A DNA stretch of 63,265 bases, filler included, from Reticulomyxa filosa (Eukaryota > Protista > Foraminifera), in assembly GCA_000512085.1 (NCBI GenBank). It is 19 parts of 19 records of this genome, joined end to end, with 100 filler letters (N's around TTAATTAATTAA, not from the genome) between each part and the next. Parts side by side here need not be neighbours in the genome. Positions count along the whole stretch, not along the records: positions 10,897 to 11,942 come from ASPP01035685.1; positions 12,043 to 15,097 come from ASPP01023912.1; positions 15,198 to 25,497 come from ASPP01009170.1; 16 more parts are not named here. The stretch is one strand, 5' to 3'. The position numbers and the translations under genes are program-made. The notes beneath the pieces are model-generated. The model ran no database searches. It saw nothing but the letters and a program-made list of their open reading frames with translations, and had not been told where the DNA came from. Shown one piece after another: positions 11,101 to 25,497 of this stretch. Positions within the stretch are counted from its first letter, which is position 1. The number at the start of each line of letters is the position of its first letter.

Positions 11101-12190
11101 GAGTTATCGATGTTTCTTTTTTTAACAAAGAAAAAAAAATTCAAAATTTACGAACATTTCATTTCAAACGATTTGTTTAAGTTTATTCAAAAAAATTTAC
11201 AAGATATGAGACAATAAAACACATTTTATCAAAATAAAATTGAATATATTTTTTACCAATTTGTTTGATATTTGTGATAAATTTGGGAAACTTTGTTGAT
11301 AATTGAAAATAATTTTTATTGTTTGATGCATCACGACGATAAAATGCCTCATTTTGAACGGAATGAATGTTTGCTTTTGCAACAAGAGCTTGTTCCACTA
11401 CTATTCCATTATACACCTCATTATATTCAACATTCAATTTCGAAAGTATTTTTATTAATTCTGTATGACTGGAAATTTTTGATAAATGCTTATTTAATGT
11501 GTTTGCACTTACACTCATTGTTACTCTTTTCTTCATTGACAGCCACATTATAATTTCTTCTCTTGAATACAGATAAGAAGACAAACGAAGATATCAACAA
11601 AAAGGCAACTGGAACTGCACAATCTCGAGCATGACAGTATCTGAAAAGATTGAGAGGACAAACGAGTTCATTGATGCCAGCGAAAGACAGAGAAGCAGAG
11701 AAGAAAGCACTACGACTGCAAAGAAAGCAGCTGCAAATAGCGGGAAATGAGCTGAACCATCGTAGACAAAGTGGAAAATCAAAATATGGAAATGGACATT
11801 GTGTTTTGCAATACAGCATTGAATATATTCGTCAATAATAACAATACTCACGTTATGTCTTTTAATGCAACTTTTTAGACCTAAATTTTAAAAAAATCAT
11901 AATTATTAATTTCATTTTTAATCAGAAAAATTTTCAATTTTTNNNNNNNNNNNNNNNNNNNNNNNNNNNNNNNNNNNNNNNNNNNNTTAATTAATTAANN
12001 NNNNNNNNNNNNNNNNNNNNNNNNNNNNNNNNNNNNNNNNNNGTAGAATTTTCTTTTTACTGTTACGCAAAGTGAAAAAAAAAAGCTTCACAAAAATGGA
12101 ACAATATTAGTGAAAATTACGTTCTAAGGGTTTTGTAATTATTTTTAAAGTTCACATATTTCATTTCTTACCACTTTCAATAAGGTCAAC

Positions 12191-13489
12191 ATGACTGCAA
12201 ATCCAGATGTTCCAATGCAAGAAAAGGTCATTAGTGCAGAGAATGTAGGGATGCGATTATTATCGTTGTTTAAGACAGCGATCGAGTAAGTGGAACAAAT
12301 ATTTTCAAAAAAATTTCTAACATAAACAAAAAAGAATGATAACTATAGGAAAAAAACAAAGATGGAAAAATTGAAAAAACTGGTAGAACTGAAGAAAAAG
12401 CAGCTAGGGGATTCCTATAAAGAATTTGACTCACCATTTGTGCCTTCAGATGGTGTTGGTGAGTACATTATTGAAATGGCTCAAGTTATAATCAAGTACT
12501 TACCAAAATAATTTTCTTTTTTGATATGTGACAAATATATTTTAAATTAAAATACCAATAAAACAAACATAGGTAACCAAAGATGACATATTTATAGATG
12601 TTGGATGTGGTGATGGGCGTATTTTACTCGAAGTGTTTGAGAAAGTGCAATGCAAATGTATAGGCATTGAAATCGATCCTGTTTTGATCGAAAAAGCGCA
12701 TCAGCGTATGCCACAACAAATTCAATCCAAAGCAATTGAGGTTATACAATGTGATTTCAAATCTGATCAAGCTGCTGCACTTATTAAAAAAGCAACTGTC
12801 GTTTATTTGTATTTATTGCCAAAAGTTCTACAAAAAAAAATTCTTTTCCTTTTTTTTTTTTTGGTTTATTTTTGTTAAAAAAGAAAAAATGTTTCAGATA
12901 ATGCCCGTCGTAACAGATATTCTATCAAAAAATTTACCAAATGAGGCACGAATTTGTTGCCATACGTTTCCACTTCGAACCATTTTGGTATATTGTATTT
13001 TTATTTGTGAATTATGGCTTTGGGATCAATACATAACAACAATAAACAAAAAAGAATAATCGAAAAGTTGAAGTAAATGACTGGCCGTTTATAAGCTTGG
13101 GAATTGAAATTGATTTGATTCCAAGTAAGGAACATATGGAACAGTTGAAGCGATGGTATGAAGGAACCAGCTTCCAACATACGCTTGGACTTAATTCGTA
13201 TGCAACAGCAATGAATACTTGGAATAACGAAATGAAAAACAAAGAGAATATTATTGTCAATATGGTGCATCCGTTGCTCAAAGCCAATTATTCGGTGGAA
13301 AAATATTGTCAACTCATTCAAATTGGAGATCATTCGATTGACAGTGTTCTTGCCTCTTCTACCGGATCCAAAGTCACACATATCCAACGATTTATTCATA
13401 ATTATTTGAGCCAATGTCAACAGTCATCCAAATCCGCATCATTTGTCTTTCTGAACCCACCAAAAGAAATAGTTTGGCTTTTTGTTTAA
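12191..13489 (+). CDS. Class I SAM-dependent methyltransferase (FAM173/bacterial PxVPT type) with C-terminal extension
   Basis: FDSPFVPSD, motif I FIDVGCGDGRIL, GIEID, ATVVYLYLLP, LPNEARICCHTF across GT-AG introns. Extra ~130-aa exon at 13097-13489. Exon joins partly uncertain. Confidence 0.75.
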
Positions 13490-15237
13490 AATGTTTTTTA
13501 TACAATTATAATAACTGTTTTTTTTTTGTCTAAAAATAGTTTTATACGCCAAATAAAGTCGTTGAAATTAATAAAAATAAAAAAAATACCACGATAAAAT
13601 CTGACTTAATGCTTTATTTGACGCCTTTGAAAAATGAAAATGTTGGATGGAAACCTCCCAATGCTGCTGTCCGAATTACATAAATCTTTCAAATTTTTTT
13701 ATTTTTCTTTTTAAATGCTTATTTTGGGATTTATTTGATCATCACCCCAGTTTACATGCAATGTATCCATTTTTTTTTTTAAATTTCTTTGCGTGTCCAA
13801 TCTTCTTATTGTATCAGTCATCTTTGTTTTGTCACGACATTGCAAGATTAACTCTCTTCATGCAAAATATGCTACTAAATAACGGAAACGCATTGTCAAT
13901 TTTTATATTGTTTATTTTGTTATTCACAAATATCAAACTATTGTTCAATCGGACATCTTTCAAATTCGTCATATCCATCTAAACACTGCAGCTTTTGATG
14001 CTTTTGCGCTAATAAATTTCACACTTATTTCTCCTTGTAATCAAATGCGTTTTGCATATATTGTCTCATTGCATTCAGTGCATAATTCACTGCATGAGCA
14101 TCGCTTATGTAGTATCTATCTAAACATCCGTTATTCCAGTCCTTCCCAGACGCGTACGCTTTTGTTTTCTTTTTTTAAAAATTATAATTCGTTTTCTGGT
14201 TAGTTTTTTTTGCTGTTTGTTCATTTGATAAGCTGAACGATGTGTTCGCTCATGGAACTTTTCTGTGTACTGTCGCACCATAAGACTATTTGCAAATAAA
14301 TGATGTTATTAATGCGAGAATATTTAGCGATTATTACTAAAAAAAATATTCGTTAGATATGTTGATATCCCCCCTTCAAAACAAAAAAAGAAAATGTAAA
14401 TAATAATGCTACACTAAATGTAAATACAGAAAGTTTAATCAAATGTATATATGTTTTCGATAAAACAAAAGTAAATTAAGTAAATGGAAGATGAATAACA
14501 CAACAAAAGAAAGAAAACAAACAAATAGTGAATAAAGATCGGTGGAGAAGTTTAACTCAATCTTTCAGAGTTCAGCAATATATAGTAGTGACTTGACCTA
14601 CAGACTATAAGATTTTTTTTTTCACTATTGATAGATACAAAAAAGATTCGCACATTTGCTGACAGTCAACGACAAAGCTTTATAATTACAATGACGATGC
14701 TGTTGGCAGCAAAAGCCGATCCTTCAATATGCCAGACACATTTCAGTGAATCCACAAGCAAATGTTCATCAATTTTACAATAAAGCGCAAGACTTTGAAT
14801 ACAGGTTCGTCAATTACATTGCTGATTTGGCTTAATATTATTAATTTTTTTCTATAAGTGTTTCTGTTGTACCATATGAAAATTATCACAGTTGAAAAAA
14901 AAAATTCTATTAAAATCACTACACTTCTGGCCTCAAAAAAAAAAGATGGACATTGTGCGTTTTCACTGAATAGATTATGCTTTGAAAATTGTTATTATCA
15001 ATTGAATGTCGATACTGCATAACATTTCAAAATTCGACATTGAATGGCAAATATCATATGTTGTTCTTTGATTATACATTTGGGTCACGATAATAATNNN
15101 NNNNNNNNNNNNNNNNNNNNNNNNNNNNNNNNNNNNNNNNNTTAATTAATTAANNNNNNNNNNNNNNNNNNNNNNNNNNNNNNNNNNNNNNNNNNNNATT
15201 TAATTTTACCCTATAATATAATATATCCATCTCATCA

Positions 15238-16959
15238 ATGTTGGAAGAGAATGAACAGCTTCTTCGTGATGAAGAAATGGCAAGACAATTGCAGCAAGAA
15301 GAGCAACTTGCTGTAAACAATCGACGTAACGGCTCTTACAACGCTAACCTTGCTCACCTGTTGGACAACAACGCAGCTGTAATGAAAAAAACATGCCTTT
15401 AAAAGTGATATATATGTGAATGTTCAATGGTTGTGGTAATTGTGGGGCAATAGAACACAAATCAAGCCCGAGGGCAAATAAGAAGAAACGTCATTGATAG
15501 TGTGAATGACGCCGACATTGAGTCCCCACGATTGTTACTAGTAAGAGCGGTAGTTGCTCTGATTGAAGTTAATTGATGACGGAACAAGTGAGAAGGGTTG
15601 AGAGAGAAAGGGATTCTCGTTTCATCATTAAAAGGCAATGAATTATATTTTGTATGTATGTGCCAATCATGTTTTTTTTTTGTGATAAGATGATTACAAC
15701 AACAACCGTGTTATCTATTGGATGGAGTGAAAGTTGTAATCAGCCATTGAATTACTGGGTATTGGTTTTTACTGCAAGGCAATTGGTTGCTGTTCCTTTG
15801 CGTGTTTTCTTGTTATAACCACAAGAGAGAATATTGTGTGTTGCTGTAAGGGAGGGAGGAGAGGAAAAAGGGGACCGAATTTTTTTTGTTAAAAATAAAA
15901 AAGGTAATCTTTTAAATTTTTTTTTTTTTTTTTTTTTGTTGTGTTTTCAAGATTTCGATCCGCAAGTACAATGGACATAGAAAGGCGTCAAAAAGGACAA
16001 CAGGTATGGTATGTGCGCTTGTCACATTGTGTGTATGCGTTGCAGTGCGATAACACATGATATTACATTTTGGTATGTTATGTTTGGTCAAGTTTTTGCG
16101 AGTGATGACGATGGCAGCATTTTTGTGGTTCCTGCTTGGCCAGTCACTTTTGTTTACTGCAAAATCATGTCAGCATAGTGCCCCGGTCATTTGGTACTAT
16201 TGCTTGGTCATTGTTATCCTTATCTATGTTTCTTTGGTGAGTTATTCCTCTCTTTATATGTGATAGATCATATCACATGTATATGTAAAGAAATCTATTG
16301 GCAAATAAGCCTAAAAAAAAATAACCAAAAAAAAAAAAATTGATCCATTTTTGCTTTTTTAATTCAATGTCAAACAGGCAGTCCCATTCTTGCTCGTGCT
16401 GGGGATCTGCATATGTTTGCCCTGTGTATTGATCGTTTTCCGGTTCTTGGCTGAACCACAAGGAGCGAATACGCAAGTCATCGGCAATCTGCCCACTCAT
16501 ATCTTCAAGTCTTCTGTCGAAATTAAGGAAACTCCAAAGTTGTGTTTTTTTTTTTTATTTCTTTTCGATTTTTGAGAATACTGGGATCCATGTACAGAAC
16601 ATCATATATCAAAAACGTTACTCTGCTTTGTTGTTTGGTAATGCCACAGAAATAAAGCAAAGAAAGAAGACAATAGCGACACAAAAAAAGAAGATGACAA
16701 TCCATCAGATGAAAACTTCCAAGGATGTGCGGTTTGCATGATTGAGTACCAGGACGGAGATGAATTAACTACCTTACCCTGCGGACATGAGTTTCACAAG
16801 GACTGCGTTGGAAAATGGCTACCAATCAAAAAGATATGCCCCTTATGCCGACATGATATCACAAAAAAAACAAAACCTTCACGTTGGACTTCCAACACTC
16901 ACACTAGTCAACATGATGATGAACACAGCACCGATGAGGCAAGATTGGAACAAACATAA
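15238..16959 (+). CDS. Transmembrane RING-H2 E3 ubiquitin ligase (multi-exon)
   Basis: C-terminal CAVCMIEYQDGDELTTLPCGHEFHKDCVGKWLPIKKICPLCR (C3H2C3). TM exons with SCNQPLNYWV, WFLLGQ and CICLPCVLIV, as in plant-type TM RING-H2 ligases. Confidence 0.88.
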
Positions 16960-17421
16960 AAAATTACTTTTAAAAGGGTTTTTCTTTCACAACGATAAGT
17001 AATGAGTCAACTCAGCTGCACTCATTTTTTAATTTTGAGCGAGGGTGGTCTTAAACATTAAATTGTCTCTTTCAACTTGAATTCGACTTGAATGAATTGT
17101 CCATAATAAAATGCACAAGTCCACGATAAAACACTTTTGCAAATCCGAGATAATTTTTTGTTAGACATAGTTTGTTGTTTCATATGCGATCATGCACAAA
17201 ATTTGCAAATGGAACGCAGGTAGACGACATGTGTAGGCTACATCCTAACTTTGGTGCAATTTTAGTGTACAGACACAAAATACAATCGACAGTAATGTAA
17301 ACTTAAAAGCTGTTCATTAAGTGTTTCTGGCTTAAAGCTTTTGAGGGAAATAAGTTCCAAAATCGGGTTATGATGTGCTTTTGAGTGTTTTTGGAAGAAA
17401 CAAACTATTAAACACAAAAAT

Positions 17422-20400
17422 ATGAAGGACATGTCAGAGATTTTTTTAAATAAACATTTCTCTCAACTATCAAAAACTAGCGTGTATTCGTTACAGTTTT
17501 TGAGACACTATAGCACTGCAAACGGACGGCCGATGAGAGGAAGTGCAACTCGTGTGTTATGGTCTGTGCCACAATTGCCAGTCAAATTGAAAGAGGAAAT
17601 TGAATGTATTCATAAAGTCAAAACAAGGACATTTTATGAAAAAGTTGTCGGTTTGAATGTTGTTGGTGACAGTGCGGGTATTGTCATCAGAGGTAATAAT
17701 ACAAAATACTTAAATGAAGTAGCTCGTATAATTCGAACATGTTGCAAAGTTGCGCAAAAAAACAGAAATTTTTTTAATGCGAAATTTCAAGAAAATGTTT
17801 GCCCCAGGCAAATGAAAAAGAAAATATAATTTTTCAAATGTGTTATTTGTTACGAATTAAAATTTATAGAATTCATTTATTTAATATATATACATATATA
17901 CATATTACGATATTAGACCAGTGAGTTATTCGTAATGAATCATTCAATACCAAAGCATGTCCTAGAAGAAATCGAGAACCAAACAGGTACGCGTATAACG
18001 CAACTACGAGATCCACGAATGATACGAATATTTGCACTTCCATCTCTGCACTCAACAATTACCGCACGAGAAATGATCCAAAATACAAAGCAATATATTG
18101 AAAGTCAAATAATCAAATGGGAAAATGGCAGTGAGTTAAATGGAATAATTAAAAAAATAATGTTGTTGCGTGATCTATCGGATAGTCTTCAATCCACAAA
18201 GAAAAGGGAAAAAAGGTATTCAAATCTAGTAATATCGCTGAAATCAGAGCCCAATCTTTCACAAACATTGCAACAGCGGCAATTTGTTAACAAACTGCAG
18301 CTCATTTACAAAGAGATTGAACAAACATTAAACTGTTTCTTGTGGACAGAAGAAACTGATTCACCGACATCAAAACTACAAATGTATGGGTATTTCCCTG
18401 TTCCCAGTCATAGGCATACTGCCCAACATATCCAAAGTCATGTGGAAAGAATTTGCAAAAAGTTTGAATCCTCTTCCAGTTTTTGTTTGTTTTGTCCCAT
18501 TTCAAACGCGTTCATGTTCACACATTTGCAATTTTTACAAAAAAAAATTGAGTGAATAAATAAATAGGATGTATTTGCTTATTTATTTTTATGATTTACT
18601 GTTGTCGATATTGTTACAACAGTGCACTCGTTGGATAGAAGTGAGCCCGGATCATATTGGTGCGCTACTTGGTCTTCAGGTGCAAAACTATGAGAAAGCA
18701 TTGGGACGCTTAAATGCATTGCCTTGGAAATTAAACTGGTTTGGTGATAATAAGGAGCATCAAATGTTAAGTGGATTATGTTGGGCTTCATCTGTTCCAA
18801 TCCCAGTAACAAGTGAAAATCTGCAGAAATATGACGGCGGATTATTATTGTTTTCATTCGCAAATAAAACGCCTGAATTCCGGCAAGAATTATTGCTTGA
18901 ATATGAATCCTTTATAAGGAATAGAATGTTAAAGGAACCTTTTATGAAACTTCTGGATTTTCATACTCGTCCATATTTGATCACCTTGATTAATGGATAC
19001 AAGTATCGTCAAATCAATATGATTCGACAAAACTCTGAGGTAGGAATTATATATCACACGTGCAATAATCACATAGTGGTGGGTGATTGGTTTGATTCTC
19101 ACAAAGTTGATCGTGCGCTCAGAGGTATTGAATTAATTGTGAGCAACCATCACAAAATAACAGATATGATCAAAAATGCCATTCCTTCTTCGGTCCCTCT
19201 CAAAATACAGCTATCATTCGTCCAAAAAATCTTACTGTGTTTGAGTAAAAAGTTCAATTTTGAATATCAAGTGACTGATGAAGATATCTATTGGTACATG
19301 TCCTCTCTTCTGAGCCAAGAGCGAGAATCGTTTTTGAAGTCCCTTGAAACATTGATTCAACACACTTGTGTTATCAATTTGAGTGAATTTGGCTTGTTAT
19401 TTGTGAAGAAATTTTGTGGACAATCCCAAAAATCAATTGTATCGTACTTATTTGGAAAACATTATCCACAAAAGGCAAATCCCGAACAATTCATTTGGGA
19501 TATTCCTTTTTCCAATTCCTCCAAGAAATCTCACGATTGGCTCTTGTTCACTTCATTGGACATGCAATTAATCCAACAAACCAAACACAAAATTGATCAA
19601 ATTTTGTCTAATATTCAAGTGGTCAAGGACTGCCCGAGTGATATCCAATTGTTTATTGACAAAATGCTGCGTACAAATTCTGCATACTATCAACGATTTC
19701 AAAATATGGTATTTCAAATCTTGGTAACACAAGACACAAAAAGCTTTAAAAATGATAATAATACAGCTCATGCTCTTATTTACAATGAGAAAGTGGAGCA
19801 TTCCAAATGGTTACAAGAAAAGATTACTGGCTTGAATCAGTGGACATTAGTAGATCCTCGAAATGGAAACTTGATCACTGATACCATTGCAAACGATTCC
19901 CAATTGATCTTTCATCTTGCTTTTGCAAAGAAGTGCGAACAATATATTCGTGGCTCTGAAAGTGATTTGATGGCAAATAATTCCAATGAAGAACATCAAT
20001 TTACATTTATTTGTGCACTCAAACGCTCTACTTATCCTACTTATAACAAATATGAAAAATATAATCGATATGACCGTATTATCACAATTGGAACGTCTCC
20101 GCAAATCGAGAAATTTAAAGCCTTTTGGAAGGTTGGTTCATACAATAACTTCGTCTCTTCTTGTTTATGTATACACATAAATATATAATGAACCTTTATG
20201 CATGTTACTGTGTTGCAAGTCATACCAATCTTGGCTTGCCTATAAACATCGGTTTGTGTACGTGTATCTTAAAATTAGACTTGTAAATTTTGCGACATTG
20301 GATATGCACTGGCACTGATACTGCGTTTTGATGAAGCGGAACTCAATAAAATCGAAAAAAAACACAATTGTATATTGCATTATTCAAACAAGGATGCTTC

Positions 20401-21304
20401 ATCTTTGTTTATATTTTTGAAAGATAGTTTGGAAAATGCTAATAATGCACATGAAGACAGCACATCCGTTTATGAGAATATCGAAAAAGAGATTCATTCC
20501 TTGATAAAAAGACATGTCCTTTGTTGGGAATATCCATATCCACAAATAAGATTAAATTACTTTAATGAACATTACATCTTGAAAGAATCATTGAAAGATC
20601 AAAACAAGTGTAAATTCTTTTTGCACGAGAAAGCGTGCCAATTGTATGCTTTTTTTGACGAGATTCCAGGTGAAACAGAAGTAAAGCAAACAAAAGTATT
20701 GCTTGATCAATATATTTCAGAACTTTGTGCAGAAACGGTGGTGTTTGATATGAAACGGAACTCTTACTTGAAATTATTAATTGGATCAGCCGCAAGGCAT
20801 ATAAAGAAGATTTATAATGAATATAAGAGCTGTAGCTTGTTTTGGGATAACAAAAAAAGTATTGTTTTTGTTGTATCCAAAGATGACGCAACTAGAGATA
20901 GTGTCGTCAATGTGTTACAAAACATTTTACAAAACACTGTTATTATTTATTGTCCGCCTCGTTCTCGCGATTGGGCTGAGTCAATTTGTTTTCGATTGCA
21001 CAAAACAAATCCCAATATTGAGCTGTACTATGACGACAATGAAAGCAAATTTTATTTGTATGGGACCAATAGCAACGAAGTCCGGAATATTGCATTGCAA
21101 TTGAAAGCGTCGGCTTTTACAACCAAGAAAAAAAAGAAATTGTTATAATTTTCCTGAATGCATAGACAAACTTCCTTCTCCATGCTTAATAAACTTTGGT
21201 ACAACAAATTTGACAAATCACTTAGCCGACTAGTGCAAGGCGATCTGCGCGATATTTGTTGTCTCTGCCAGAACAAAATTTTATTGTCTCACAAAAAGAT
21301 ATAA
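17422..21304 (+). CDS. Large protein with degenerate KH-like repeats and possible mitochondrial presequence
   Basis: Long same-strand ORFs 17422-17829, 17935-18555, 18569-20188 and 20375-21148, separated by short AT-rich intron-like gaps. KH-like segments GIVIRGNNTKYLNEV, HIGALLG, LINGYKYRQINMIRQNS, LLIGSAARHIKKIYNEY. Confidence 0.55.
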
Positions 21305-21882
21305 AGCGACTTTATTGACCTAAGTTACTCACGTTTTCTCAAGTTACTTACCTTTCAGGACCTTTCACAAAATTTTTCCATCGAATTTTCCATCGAAAAC
21401 AGTAAATGGTAATTTTTCGATTGTTACCTTTTCATTTTGTTTTAAGTATTTGATTTATCTTTTGGATAATTTGTTGATAATTTCTTCTAAGCAAAAATGT
21501 GATAAGGATAACATTTGAAGGTGGCGCCGAAACAAAACCTGCTATTTTAGGCCATTCATTTCTTTGTCTGAGAAACTTGTTTTAAACATTCATTGATCAT
21601 GAAGTTTAAAACTTGTGAAAAAAATAATAACAAATTGAAAAGAACGAGGAAAACTAAATACATTCACAACCTAGTCAACTTTTTTGTAATATCAAGAAAA
21701 TATTGAAGTTTATGGACATTAAAAAACACAACCAAACATACAATCCAAAAGTAGATTTTATTAACAAAACGCTCACTCAATTTTGCTTTGTCTGATTTCT
21801 TGTAATCCCTCCCTTCTTTTTCAAAAAAAAAGTCAAAGTCAATCATTGCTGTTATACAAAATTTGTCTGTATGTTACATTTT

Positions 21883-23887
21883 TCATGTTTGTGAGCGTGA
21901 CTCTCTCAACGGAACAAGTTTAGCTAATTGATCCATTTTATTGAGTGATACCTTTTCAACTCTCTTCCACTCCCTCAATAATTGTGCTTGGTAATCGTAT
22001 TTGATGGAGAATTGGTAATTCAACTGTCAAATATAAAAAGGAGAAGAATAAACAAACAGTATAATGATTGTTTCAAATAGTCATTGCACTATGATCAAAA
22101 TATGGCGTAGAAAAAAAATATGTTGTAAACATAACGTCTTTATAGCATGCTAGGCGATCTGCTCGTTTAATTAAAGTAATCAATTTTCTTCGATTAATAG
22201 ATCCATCTTCATTCATATATTCACTATGTTCTTCAATATTAAAAAAAACTTTACAAAACAAGCCCATGTAGGGAATGGCTGGAGCCTCTGCAGCTTCTTG
22301 CATAGCATAAAGTTTTGATTGTTTCCAGTCGATGCTATTTCGAAAATCTTCAAAGCGTTGTTTTTGTTTTTTGGATAAAACATCCCAAGGCATGTTGATA
22401 ATCAGGACGAATTCAACGCCGTGTGTAACGCACTTCGTGTTTGAAAGTTGCCATATTTTTCACAATACTTTGTGTGTATATAATCGATTCAATGTAATGT
22501 GCAAACATCAAATAAAGAAAAGTAGTACCTCTGCAGCATTACCCATGTTTTTTTTTAAAAGAGAAAAGAACTTTTGCGATTTCCATTAATTTCATTAGCC
22601 ATCGAACGCGTTTCGACTTTTTAGGGGCTTCGATCAAGAGCATTTGTGCCCATTTAACTTCAACTTCATGTTGATTGATCATGTGACACACGTGCGCAGC
22701 TTTTTTCCATCTGTCATCTTTCTTCCAAGCTTTTTTAAACAATTCACGAGGGGAAAGTTTCTTAAAGATTTCAAAGTTCATAAGGGCGATTTGTTGTGCC
22801 AATTGATCGGTATTCAACTCAATGGTAACAAAATTTTTTGGAAACAACGGTTCATAATTGATCAAATAGGGCCAACGATAAAGCATTTCGTTGACTCGAA
22901 TGGAAAGTTGGATTTTTTTTTCTTTTTCGTTGTCTTTGTTTTGTGAAGCAGCAGCGGACTTGGTTTCATTGTCTTCACCAAAGAGCATTCCATTTTGACC
23001 ATCATCTTCCGTTGGTGTCTCGTCCTCCAGCAATGTCTCATCAAACACATCTCCTCCGGGAACAATGTCCAGCTTTTTGCGAACAGTTATCACTTTTTCA
23101 GTTCGGTAGTATTTGAGCAATCTCGCTTTCTTTGTCAGCCGGTTTGACTTTTCAATGGTCCCACTCTTTTCTTGTTCTTTGATCAGGTACTTGAAATAAG
23201 CCACTTTGTCCTCCTCGTTATCCAAATATGTCATCCCTTTTTTCTCTGTCATCAAAAAGCAACAACAAAAACGGGTTAGAAAAACACCATTAAACAAAGA
23301 GAAAGAAAGACAAAAAGAATTGTGTTACTGTTTGTTGTAAGGAAAGAGAATAAGTGCACAAAAAAAAAAAAAAAAAAAAAAAAACCTTGTGGATGAAGAG
23401 GGACATCATTGCTTTTTTCAAGTGAGAAGTCGTGATTACTATCTTTAGACATTTGAGAAGAATGTTCCACTTCACTGTCATTGCCATAGTGATTCTCTTT
23501 TTCTTTCTCCTTTTCCTTGTCCTTCTCCACGTCTCGATAGCTCGTGTTGAAGGCCTTCCACCAACTGCGCTTAGACTCCAAAGCAGGCGGCTTTCCCTGG
23601 TGTCCGACCTCTTTCGACATCATCGTCAACGACACGATGGACGCGACAGAAAAATCTTTCATAATGTGCTTTTCGCTTGACGCTTTTTCGAGCGCAGACT
23701 TTTTGTCGGCCGCGTGCTTTTCTTCGTGTGACTGTGAGCTAGGAGGATGAGGAGGAGGGTAAGAAGGAGGAGCGATCTGTTTAGGCTCAAAAGACTTGTC
23801 CCCTACGGTGTTGCGGTTCTGGCCAGTATTGTGCGAGTTCGAATGTTGCTGTGTACCCCCGACGTTTGTTTGAGTAGTGGTAGTAGG

Positions 23888-23927
<40 letters not shown>

Positions 23928-25497
23928 GCTGTTATAGCTGAAGTAGAAGTAGTAGTAGTAGTAATAGTAGCTGTAGCAGCCGCAGCAGTAGCGCGTAGAT
24001 CTTCGAATGAATGTGTGGGCGACAGAATATCGCGCTCGACGGAACTACTAAACATACTACTATTACTCTTAGGCGACTGCAACCCGTTTTGGTTGCTTCC
24101 GATGCTGCCACTGCCACTCAGCGTTGGATTGGGGTTGCTCCTTACGCCGTATCCGTTGACGTCGTTCGTGTCGTTTGTGTCGGTGTGCGAAGCTGTCACA
24201 CTAACTCGCAACGGGTCCGCGACATCGACATTGTTTGTGCTCGGCGTCTTGCTTTTCACTTCGCCCGTGGCAATGGCCTCTGTCGACAAGTGACTGTGAT
24301 TGTGACTCGCTATCGTGACTGTGTCTGATGCTATGTCTGTTGGTGCTGTCACTGCTGTTATTGCTGCTGCTGCTGCTCCTGTTGTAACTCCTGGTGTTGC
24401 TATTGCTATTGTTTGATCCGTCGCGGCTCGTGAGATTACGATATCTGCTGGCCGCAATTGACTGTCTTGCAAATTCGTGGGTTCGGGATTCACTGTGTGC
24501 ACTAGGTCACTTGCAGGATTGGCACTTGCTACACCGGAAATGGGCACCCCGTCGTTAATGGCGAGTGCGTTTAACGTGGAAGATTCTTCTTTGTTTTCTC
24601 TGGACGCGTCAAAGTCGCTCAGGTCGCAACTGTCGTTCACTTCATCAGTTGAACTGTGTGTTATGGGTACTTCCTTTTTTTTTTTTTTGTTATTTGAACC
24701 AAAGACTTATTTTTTCTTTTTTTAAAAAAAAAAAAGGGTCACATATGTAATTATATGTATACATATCCCATATATCCATATATCCATATACATATATACA
24801 TGTATATGCGCATATATATGTACACACACATATAAGTGGTAATAACATAATAGGCCAACTTGGAGTGACTTTGCTATCCGGATTCAAACTGTTTTTTTCT
24901 GATGGATTGGAGGTGATGAGGGAGCTTGCGAGTTGTCCCGGATGATGGCTCAGACGTGTGGGCGGTGGCGGCAGCTTGACTAGGGCCTTGGCTTGCTTTT
25001 CTTTTATTTGCTGCTCTTGCAATAGCCGTTGATATGTCCGGGTGTTTGTTCTTGTGCGCTCCATCAAGCGCAGCTTTTTGAACATCTTTTCTTCTTCTTT
25101 TTGACATGTCGTCACCAACTTATTTAACAATATTTTGCTCATGCTTTCATTCTCGATATGTTCCAATATGTCCGCTTTCAGTAACTCCAATTCTGCCAAC
25201 ACTTCCTTGTCTCCATGAAAGTCCTCTTCCCACGCCAACTTTATCCATTCGATTACTGTTTGCACTAATCGAGACTGAAAGTTCCCCGTCTTGTGCGCAT
25301 CTCCACTGTGATCACGATTCGCCGTTTTCACCAGCAAACGAATGTCTTTCAACACACGACTAGTTGTGCATACATTCAAAAGTGTACGTTGCAAAACAAG
25401 TCCCATTGTTTGACTAACTTTATGTGTACACATTATGTAATCGATTGCAATTTTTTTTTTTTTTTATTATTACTTTTTTTTTTTTCCCCTCCCCCCC
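21883..25497 (-). CDS. Ras guanine-nucleotide exchange factor (REM + CDC25 domains), 5' partial
   Basis: REM-like VQTVIEWIKLAWEEDF; CDC25 motifs DQLAQQIALMNFEIFKKLSPRELFKKAW, KRVRWLMKLMEIAK, PAIPYMGLF, GSINRRK. Long Thr/Ser-rich linker exon 23276-24640. Confidence 0.88.
23878..23975. repeat. (TTG)n/(GTA)n trinucleotide microsatellite encoding poly-Thr in the RasGEF
   Basis: Runs of GTT and GTA repeats; minus-strand translation gives long Thr runs. Confidence 0.9.

Noticed and set aside
21522-21539. TGGCGCCGAAAC resembling a retroelement primer-binding site
   Set aside because: Not preceded by an LTR ending in CA and no gag/pol follows.
23747-24293. Poly-Cys and poly-Val ORFs on the plus strand
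   Set aside because: Antisense readings of the RasGEF poly-Thr microsatellite.
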